From positions 1 to 64,000 of the forward strand of contig OZ037833.1 of NCBI GenBank assembly GCA_964035575.1: DNA of 64,000 nt, given 5' to 3'. Below are positions 57,201 to 64,000 of this stretch, in pieces. The notes under the pieces were generated by a model. It saw only the letters and a list, made by a program, of their open reading frames with translations, was not told where the DNA came from and made no database searches. Numbering within the stretch: position 1 is the stretch's first letter; each line of letters starts with the position of its first letter. The stretch comes from Rhynchopus sp. YZ270_cl-10. Its lineage: Eukaryota. The position numbers and the translations under genes are program-made.

Positions 57201-60200
57201 GGCGCACGCACGTCACGCACAGTAATCACCTGCACCTGACGTGTTGTCAGTGACGCGTGATACACAGCAAGGTCGCCTCCACAGTCGAGGTAGTGCGGCT
57301 GGATCTTCCACGTACGCTCAATCGTCCACACACCACACTCACCCATCACAGGAGCGGCGTCGTCAAAGCGGATCGTGAAGGGTGTCCCACAGAAGGCGTG
57401 TCCGACCGGCACACCCAACTCGTCCTCAGGGTTGAGTGAGTGGTCTGTGTCAATCGTGATGTCGGCAGGGAAGGTCGCGAACGTCGGCGGGACGGAGGGG
57501 ACGTGTGTCACATAGTCAACAGCAAGGTCCTCAAGGCGGCGGCACCCGACCGCATCCCAGTCCGACCCGTCCCCGCATGCGTGACCCAGCTGGCCTGCAG
57601 CCCCGAAGAGCGAGAGCACCTCGTAGTTCTTCACACCTCCAGTCACAGTCTTCCCCGGGTGACACACGTCCGCTTCCTGTGTCACACCCGGCGCAAAGGA
57701 GAACAGGCGGTTCCCAGAAACCCACGGCTGCACACTGCTCAGCTCTGCAGGTGGGTGCTGAATAGTCACTTTCTGCTCAAAGCTCCGTGCGTTCCCGCAC
57801 GCATCCTTTGCAGTCCAAGTGCGTGTGAAGTGCGCAATACCGTCCGCACGGCACGTCGCCTCGCTTGCTGCGTCTGTGCTCGAAAACACAAGCGCACCAT
57901 CTGCAGACGTCAACGTTGTCGGGTGAGCCAGCCCCATCCCGAGCGCCACCATGTCAGCGTGGGCACGCTCCTCCGTCAGCGGCACAGAGTTCACTGCCCG
58001 GTAGTTTCCGAAGAACGGCACTTCCACGTCCGCTTCCGGAGTGTACGTCCACTCTGGCGCACGCACGTCTTCGATCGTGATGACCTGAACCCTACGAGTC
58101 ACCAGATGCTCCTCGTACACAGCAGCGTCGCCTCCACAGTCGAGGTAGTGCGGCTGGATCTTCCACGTACGCTGGATCGTCCACTTCCCGCAACCTTGCG
58201 CCACAGGCGCCTCGTCGTCGTGGCGCATTGTGTACGGCGTCCCACAGAACGAGTGCACCACAGGCACACCCACGCCCAGCTCGGGAGCAAGCGGGTGGTC
58301 AGTGTCGATCGTGATGTCTACAGGGAAAGTCTCGAATGACGGCGGCACAGACACCACGTTCTCAATTGTGTGCACCGTCTCTAGCAGCTTCCGGCACCCA
58401 TTCTCCAGCCACGGGTCCGCACCGCACATATCCGTCATCACCGGAAGTGTGTCTGTCGGGATGAACCCGCGGCTCCCTGCCTTGATCACCTTCCCGGCAG
58501 TGCACGGTGCATCCGCCTCACAAGTGCTGAACTGCTCTACTGCATGTGCGTAGAAGAACTGGCGCTGGTCACGCACCCACTTCTCGGCCTCCGTCAGCTC
58601 GATCGGCGGGTGCTGCACAACCACCGTCTGCTCCCATACGCGTGCGTTCCCACACCTGTCCGTCACCGTCCACGTGCGCGCCATCCGTACAATTCCACTC
58701 TCCCTGCACGTCGGCTCGTCTGCCACATCCGTGCTCGAGTACACCAACTGCCCGTCCACAGCGCCAAACGTTGTTGGGTACGATACAAGACCAAGTGCCA
58801 ACATGTCGGGGTGCGCTGTTTCCCGCGTCGTCGGAATAGAGCTTTCGTCCTTGTTGTTCTCGAAGAACGGGATCATCAGCACCTCCGTCGGTCGGTACAT
58901 CCAGTCAGGCGCACGCACGTCACGCACAGTAATCACCTGCACCTGACGTGTTGTCAGTGACGCGTGATACACAGCAAGGTCGCCTCCACAGTCGAGGTAG
59001 TGCGGCTGGATCTTCCACGTGCGCTCAATCGTCCACACACCACACTCACCCATCACAGGAGCGGCGTCGTCAAAGCGGATCGTGAAGGGTGTCCCACAGA
59101 AGGCGTGTCCGACCGGCACACCCAACTCGTCCTCGGGGTTGAGTGAGTGATCTGTGTCAATCGTGATGTCGGCAGGGAAGGTCGCAAACGTTGGTGCCAC
59201 GGAGTGCAGCAACAGCGTATGCATCACCGGCGCACGCCTGCATGCGTTCTCTTCCCACTCAGGTGCCACACAGGCGCTCGGGTTAGTTGGTGATGTGTCG
59301 ATCGGGTTGAAGTGCTGTGTGTCACCCACAATGGACTTCCCTGCGTGGCAGTCATCTGCAAGTTGCTCCACACCCGGGGCATATGAAAACTCACCAAGTG
59401 CCGCCGTCCAGTGCTGCGTGGCCGTCAGTGCTGTCGGCGGGTGCTGCACCATGATGTCCTGCACAAACACTCTGCTGTTCCCGCACAGGTCTGTTGCCGT
59501 CCACGTACGTGTAAACGATGCAAGTCCATGTGTGCGGCATGTCGCCTCGTCTCCCGCACCAGTTGGGGCTGCCACCAACGGTCCGTCCACAGACACCGTT
59601 GTTGTTGGGTAAGACACAAGACCAAGTGCCAACATGTCATCGTGAGCAACCTCATCCGTGAGTGGCATCGAGTTTGCGGCACGCCAGTTCCCAAAGAATG
59701 GGATCTCGACAGATGCGTCAGGGGTGCTGGTGTAGTCCGGCGCGCGTTCGTCACGCACAGTGATCACCTGCACCCGACTCGTTGTCAGTGACGCATGGTA
59801 CGAAGCAAACTCGTCCCCACAGTCGGAGAAGTAAGGCTGCAACTTCCACGTGCGCGCAATCGTCCACACCCCACATTCCTGCTGCTCTGGCGCAGCGTCG
59901 CTGTGCACCATCGTGTACGGCGTCCCACAGAAAGCGACAACGGCAGGCCACCCAGTCACATTAGGCTGCACAGACGAGTCTGTGTTGATGGTGACGTCGT
60001 CAGGGAAGGTCTCGTACCGTGGCGGGACCGGGAGCACATGAGTCACGTAGTCGACAGCCACGTCTGACAGCCTACGGCAGCCAGCCTCGTCCCATGGCCC
60101 AGTGCCACACACATCATCCGTTGTGGGGTCGCCGTGGTGGATCGGGATAAAATTCTTCTGTCCCCCAGTCACGACCTTGCCCGGGTGGCATGCGTCCGCC

Positions 60201-63200
60201 GCCTGCGCCACACCCGTCGAGTGCACAAACAGCATGTCCGCGGGGTTCCACACCTCCGTCGTCGTCAGGTCCGACGTCGGGTGCTGCAGGATCACGACCT
60301 GGTCCACCGAACGCGCGTTCCCGCATGCATCCTCAACCGTCCACGTGCGCGTGTAGCGTGCAATCCCGTCAAGGCGGCACTGCTCCTCGTCAGCCAGATC
60401 CGTGCTCGAGTACGACAGTGCGGTGTCCACAGACGTCGTCGTCGTCGGGTATGAGTGAAGCCCAAGCGCCTCCATCGCCGTGTCCATCACCTCAACAGAC
60501 ATCGGGATCGAGCTCTCGGCACCCCAGTTCTCGAAGAATGGCACGTACACCACCGGCGGCGGCTCGCGTGTAAAAATAGGTGCTGTCACATCCGACACAG
60601 TGATCGTCTGCACACGTGTCTGCCCCGGGAGGCGTGTACCGGTGCAGCTCGCGAAGTAAGGCTTCACTGACCACGTCCGCGCCACAGTCCACTCCCCGCA
60701 CTTACCCGTCTTCAGCACCGGTGCCGCGTCGGTGTACGTGATATCAACCTCCTGGTTGCACACCGACTGGAACGCTGTCGGCACCCCCGTGTCCTCGGGC
60801 GCCATGCTGTCCTGCGTAGTCACACTCACGTCCGCCGGGAAAGTGTCAAACCTCGGGTCAAACGGCAGCACCGTGATCACGTGCGACTTCGCCAGCGTCT
60901 CCCCGTTGCAGATCCCTGCGTCGTAACCCTTCCACGTCACCTGCATGTACGACGACCCGCAGACACGGTTCGGGTACGCTGTCGGGCTCACTGGCGTTGC
61001 CGTCACCATCTTCACCACCTTCCCGCTGTGGCACGCACCGTCCACAGATGCAAATAACGGCTTCCCCGCCGTCAGGTCTACCGACTGCGTGCACGAAATC
61101 GAGAAGTCTACTGGGTCCTCAAGGGTCGGTGTCGCGTACGTCACCTTCCCGGCCTCACCCAGAATCGTTGCGCCCAGCCCGCACTGCTTCGACAGCAGCG
61201 TTCCCTCAATGCTGGCCGCAAGCGAGCTCTGTGCTGCCAGAAGCGACGCCTTGTACTCCTCCAGTGTCCCCATGTTGAAGTTCACTCCACCCACCGTCGA
61301 ACGCTGCATCCCACCTGCACCTCCACACGGGCCTGACAGCACCTCCACGTCCGACTCAAGGTCCCCCGACGAACTTGTCCCTCCAATTGGCACTATCAGG
61401 GACAGGGGCTGCACCGATGGCGTCGGCACCGTGGTTCCATCTGCCAGTCCCGCATACCCAGGGTTATCCAAGTGAGAGTCCGCGATCGCGTCCTCCTTAC
61501 GCTTCATCACGCCAAGCTTCCCTTCCACCTCGGTCGCAGCAGCCGCAATCTCCTCCATGCAGGCTTTGTCGGCAAACCGGTTCCCGTACTTGGTGGTGCA
61601 GGTCTTGAACTCAGGAATACACGACCGCGGTGTGCACACGCGCGGCACACACACACGCGGCACGCAGATACGCGGTGCGCAGATACGTGGCGCACAGATG
61701 CGCACCCCGCAGCACCCCGTGCAGCCTCCGCCCACGCATCCTCCCCCGGTGCACTGGCCTCCGGTGCACCCACCGCCGACACACACCTCCGGGATGCACA
61801 CCTCCGGTGTGATGAAGCACTCACTGAACCGGATCTTCTTCCACCTGCACCCGTACTCATTTTCTCCCTCTCCGGCGTCGATCTCCGTGTGCCCCTCTGT
61901 GCCCGTCAGCCCGAACACCCCCGCAAGGTCGAACACAGCGTCACCCAGCGCGCTGAAGTCACCGTTCGCAAAGTCCCTCCCAAGCGAGATGATGTCGCTC
62001 AGTCCTGCGTCCAGCAGAGCCTGCCCGATGTTTGCAATCGCTGCCCCTGCGTCACTCAGGAAATTCCCAATCGCGCCTGCAATGTTGCTCAACGGCGCGT
62101 GGTCGAACGCACCCCTCACAAAGTTCCATGCGTCTGTCACCCCACCCGTCACAGTGTCCCACACGGCCACAGCAGCCTTTCCGACCTCCTTCGCCGCACC
62201 GACAACCGCTTCTGCAATTGCCGCCGGGTTCAGGTCCGACGACACACTGACCGAGAACTCTGAGTTCAGGAAGTTCGACGTGTCCAACGTTGCTGTCCCC
62301 GAGATTGTGTTACCTACACCGAGCACAGTGATCCCCAGGGAGAAGGAGAGCGTTTCGCCCTGTACCTTCAGCTGAGCCGCAATGCTTACGGCAAAGAGCA
62401 CGTCGATGTGCGCGTCGAAGATCGCGTACGGGTGCGGCGCTGCCGTGTCGTACTCAAACAGCACGCGCTTCACCTTCACAATCCCGTACAGGAAGCTCAT
62501 GTCCGACAGGCTCATGTGGAACGCCGTGAAGTCCCACGGGAAGTACACGTCTGCAGTCGACGCAAGCGCACCGTCGAAGAGGTTGATCTCCGCGTGGAAC
62601 GCCAGCTTCTGCGAGTCAAGCACCAGTGAAATCTCCCCGTACGACTTCAGCAGCGGGATGTCAAACGCACCCTGGATGTTGATCTCCGCACGTGGCGGGA
62701 GGATGTTGAGGTCCACCAGGAACCGTGCTCCGCCCGCCGCCTGCTTGTTCCCGTCCAGGTGCGACCCGATGCGCAGGAAGTCGACACTCCCAAACCGGAT
62801 GAACACAGGGTCCATCGTTGCGTTGATGTAGAACTGCGACGTGCTGATCGCCACCTCTGCCGCCATCTCCCACCCGATGAAGTTCAGGCGGCCTGCGAAC
62901 GCAATCCCCTTTGGCACACTCAACGTCGATGTCCCGAGCACAATCTCCTGCGTCTTCAGTGGACTGAACGACAGGTACGCAAAGCAGTCCATGTTGATCT
63001 CCGTCTGTTCGGCATCTGCAGCAGGCGCAACGCAGTTTGTTGCAAAGTTCTTGTCGTACGGGTACAGCCCAGACTCCTTGAAGGCTGGCGGCAGCGCGTT
63101 CTGGATCCCCTCAATTGTCGATGTCACCTCCGACACGTCCACCCCAATCGCCTCGAACGCTGCCTCGGCCACACTCAACGCCGCGGCAGACCCTTCCCCA

Positions 63201-64000
63201 ACAAGCAGCACAAGCCACGGAACCTCCTGCGCCACAAGCTCCGCAATGCCGCCAATCGTCAGGTTCGTCACCATCACCACAAAGAAGTTGTCCTCAGGCA
63301 GCGACGCACTCACCCCGATGTAGGCACGCCCCTCAATGTACGGCTGCACCTTGTTCTGGCAATTGTCCGACGACCCGAGGCACACCGCACCACCCAGCAT
63401 GAACCCCGTCGGCAGCGGCGACTTGATGTCCCACTCCATCCCCAGGAACATGTCCCCAATGTGCGCAAACGGGATCTTGAAGGCCTCGTAGTACCACCCT
63501 GCCGCCGTCAGCTTCCCACGCACCGTCTGCGCCGCAGGCGTCACAATCATCGACAGGTCCCCATCGAAGTACAGGTCCTTGCGTGTCGCAGTCCCGCAGT
63601 CGTCGACACAGATGATCAGCGGCAGCGTCGTCCCAAGCTCCTGCCGCGGCACCCCCCCGTTGATCAGGTACACGAACCGCAGGTACGTCGAAGCACCGAA
63701 CGTACCGAGCGCGTTCGACACACGGAAGTTCTTCGTCTCGTCCGTGTCTGCATCCGTACCCACACGCAGCTCCAGCTGCAGCTCCCCCTCCCACGTCAGC
63801 CCCGCAGACGCCCCAAGACGGATGTCCTCTGCCATGTCCTTCAGCACAGTCACAAACCCGCTGTCCGTGTTCGGCAGCAGCACCGACCCAATCGCAGACA
63901 GCTTGATCCCCGTCGTCGTCACACTGAAGCTCAGCTCCGTGTTCTGGATCCCCATCTCCAGAACAGGCGTCATGATGTCCTTCAAGGCTCCGCTCACGCC
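54290..64000 (-). CDS. Giant (>3,235 aa, 5' end outside the window) probable surface or secreted protein with HYR-like repeats, a Cys-rich pentapeptide tract and a C-terminal choice-of-anchor-A/ice-binding-like domain
   Basis: The frame is open to the window edge with strong coding bias. Repeated ITVRDxRAP and RTWT(A/V)TDxCGN motifs, a CxPxx/CxGGx tract, and a C-terminal LGAVSEYAVFG...GNVG...GSLLVA...VTGQVIT segment. Confidence 0.9.
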   Translation of the reverse strand, partial: GVSGALKDIMTPVLEMGIQNTELSFSVTTTGIKLSAIGSVLLPNTDSGFVTVLKDMAEDIRLGASAGLTWEGELQLELRVGTDADTDETKNFRVSNALGTFGASTYLRFVYLINGGVPRQELGTTLPLIICVDDCGTATRKDLYFDGDLSMIVTPAAQTVRGKLTAAGWYYEAFKIPFAHIGDMFLGMEWDIKSPLPTGFMLGGAVCLGSSDNCQNKVQPYIEGRAYIGVSASLPEDNFFVVMVTNLTIGGIAELVAQEVPWLVLLVGEGSAAALSVAEAAFEAIGVDVSEVTSTIEGIQNALPPAFKESGLYPYDKNFATNCVAPAADAEQTEINMDCFAYLSFSPLKTQEIVLGTSTLSVPKGIAFAGRLNFIGWEMAAEVAISTSQFYINATMDPVFIRFGSVDFLRIGSHLDGNKQAAGGARFLVDLNILPPRAEINIQGAFDIPLLKSYGEISLVLDSQKLAFHAEINLFDGALASTADVYFPWDFTAFHMSLSDMSFLYGIVKVKRVLFEYDTAAPHPYAIFDAHIDVLFAVSIAAQLKVQGETLSFSLGITVLGVGNTISGTATLDTSNFLNSEFSVSVSSDLNPAAIAEAVVGAAKEVGKAAVAVWDTVTGGVTDAWNFVRGAFDHAPLSNIAGAIGNFLSDAGAAIANIGQALLDAGLSDIISLGRDFANGDFSALGDAVFDLAGVFGLTGTEGHTEIDAGEGENEYGCRWKKIRFSECFITPEVCIPEVCVGGGCTGGQCTGGGCVGGGCTGCCGVRICAPRICAPRICVPRVCVPRVCTPRSCIPEFKTCTTKYGNRFADKACMEEIAAAATEVEGKLGVMKRKEDAIADSHLDNPGYAGLADGTTVPTPSVQPLSLIVPIGGTSSSGDLESDVEVLSGPCGGAGGMQRSTVGGVNFNMGTLEEYKASLLAAQSSLAASIEGTLLSKQCGLGATILGEAGKVTYATPTLEDPVDFSISCTQSVDLTAGKPLFASVDGACHSGKVVKMVTATPVSPTAYPNRVCGSSYMQVTWKGYDAGICNGETLAKSHVITVLPFDPRFDTFPADVSVTTQDSMAPEDTGVPTAFQSVCNQEVDITYTDAAPVLKTGKCGEWTVARTWSVKPYFASCTGTRLPGQTRVQTITVSDVTAPIFTREPPPVVYVPFFENWGAESSIPMSVEVMDTAMEALGLHSYPTTTTSVDTALSYSSTDLADEEQCRLDGIARYTRTWTVEDACGNARSVDQVVILQHPTSDLTTTEVWNPADMLFVHSTGVAQAADACHPGKVVTGGQKNFIPIHHGDPTTDDVCGTGPWDEAGCRRLSDVAVDYVTHVLPVPPRYETFPDDVTINTDSSVQPNVTGWPAVVAFCGTPYTMVHSDAAPEQQECGVWTIARTWKLQPYFSDCGDEFASYHASLTTSRVQVITVRDERAPDYTSTPDASVEIPFFGNWRAANSMPLTDEVAHDDMLALGLVSYPTTTVSVDGPLVAAPTGAGDEATCRTHGLASFTRTWTATDLCGNSRVFVQDIMVQHPPTALTATQHWTAALGEFSYAPGVEQLADDCHAGKSIVGDTQHFNPIDTSPTNPSACVAPEWEENACRRAPVMHTLLLHSVAPTFATFPADITIDTDHSLNPEDELGVPVGHAFCGTPFTIRFDDAAPVMGECGVWTIERTWKIQPHYLDCGGDLAVYHASLTTRQVQVITVRDVRAPDWMYRPTEVLMIPFFENNKDESSIPTTRETAHPDMLALGLVSYPTTFGAVDGQLVYSSTDVADEPTCRESGIVRMARTWTVTDRCGNARVWEQTVVVQHPPIELTEAEKWVRDQRQFFYAHAVEQFSTCEADAPCTAGKVIKAGSRGFIPTDTLPVMTDMCGADPWLENGCRKLLETVHTIENVVSVPPSFETFPVDITIDTDHPLAPELGVGVPVVHSFCGTPYTMRHDDEAPVAQGCGKWTIQRTWKIQPHYLDCGGDAAVYEEHLVTRRVQVITIEDVRAPEWTYTPEADVEVPFFGNYRAVNSVPLTEERAHADMVALGMGLAHPTTLTSADGALVFSSTDAASEATCRADGIAHFTRTWTAKDACGNARSFEQKVTIQHPPAELSSVQPWVSGNRLFSFAPGVTQEADVCHPGKTVTGGVKNYEVLSLFGAAGQLGHACGDGSDWDAVGCRRLEDLAVDYVTHVPSVPPTFATFPADITIDTDHSLNPEDELGVPVGHAFCGTPFTIRFDDAAPVMGECGVWTIERTWKIQPHYLDCGGDLAVYHASLTTRQVQVITVRDVRAPDYTSTPDASVEIPFFGSWRAANSMPLTDEVAHDDMLALGLVSYPTTTVSVDGPLVAAPTGAGDEATCRTHGLASFTRTWTATDRCGNSRVFVQDIMVQHPPTALTATQLWTAALGEFSYAPGVEQLADDCHAGKSIVGDTQHFNPIDTSPTNPSACVAPEWEENACRRAPVMHTLLLHSVAPTFATFPADITIDTDHSLNPEDELGVPVGHAFCGTPFTIRFDDAAPVMGECGVWTIERTWKIQPHYLDCGGDLAVYHASLTTRQVQVITVRDVRAPDYTSTPDASVEIPFFGNWRAANSMPLTDEVAHDDMLALGLVSYPTTTVSVDGPFVEAPAGAGDEATCRTHGLASFTRTWTATDRCGNSRVFVQDIMVQHPPAALTATQDWVESKREFSYAPGVEQLADACHAGKHVVTGTKAFAPIDSSATAKDVCAVNVWDADGCRRQVPDVAVVTDRNLHSIAPVFASFPAAVDVTTTSTLNPYDVAGVPGLGFPVGEAFCGTPFTIRYDDAEPELQECGVWTIERTWKIQPHYLDCGGDLAVYHASLTTRQVQVITVRDVYPPTFVSKPADVVSVPFYTAYGTAVTGVPQVEDVAVHADMAALDLVSYNITLEHSDVHVVFNSGPAGCTDGVAVVTRRWTAVDRCGTTATWDQTVRVLNPSVDGDGTLGAVSEYAVFGSGKVKIDDTVGSIAGNVGTSYKNLDVKHTTVTGTMQHSMPSESHSMTTFSDTLRVTPANWREGTKAVLCTGHEQDSCVVTAVTEPSVSQITYDSANSNDMILEGDELVYNVFQDVDVNNWLYDPYPVGHGTKSHSHSKSHSMGHSNANHEGHIHDSELVVRAGGFVILNLIFDSPHTGSHTHSHDDPTMHKDHSHFTAVRKAVFDQAYPAGKQFLMYNVKNNEASTSGSRIVRVREGELVGSLLVADYTHKVDIRETTVTGQVITDSKESKFKDCTFNWSVFAANTICPVV

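Noticed and set aside
54416..63794. Numerous short plus-strand and alternative-frame ORFs over the giant gene and the retrotransposon
   Set aside because: They are shadow ORFs of GC-rich coding sequence with no recognisable motifs.

Overview
This is eukaryotic, repeat- and transposon-rich DNA, most likely from a euglenozoan protist (inferred from the actin signature, an RHDPY motif, kinetoplastid-like CCCH fingers and short GT-AG introns). Positions 1-19.7 kb are a composite ~1-kb satellite made of an AT-rich block, a (GGGTTTGC)n tract and a doubled GC-rich GCGAAGC hairpin, arranged as two 6-unit blocks about 11.03 kb apart. Positions 20-24.3 kb hold two probable RNA-regulator genes and a 3-exon C2H2 zinc-finger gene that the ORF track misses. 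Positions 24.8-31.7 kb hold a Helitron, with a stand-alone 161-aa HUH mini-Rep ahead of a frameshifted Rep-Pif1-OTU gene. Positions 34158-46056 (minus strand) are a CRE-clade non-LTR retrotransposon flanked by a ~360-bp direct duplication. A 5'-truncated copy of its own 3' end has inserted into it with a 12-bp target-site duplication (TSD). Removing that insert fuses the 2406-aa and 970-aa ORFs in frame into one ~3,300-aa protein: signal-like N-terminus, Ser/Asn repeats, hydrophobic segments, OTU, Zn finger, RT, CCHC, RLE, second OTU, Zn finger and coiled coil. Further right are a truncated actin pseudogene, two TA-flanked MITEs, and a >3,200-aa intronless gene with HYR-like repeats that runs off the window. 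No rRNA, tRNA or CRISPR array was recognised. All domain calls come from motifs read by eye, not from database searches.
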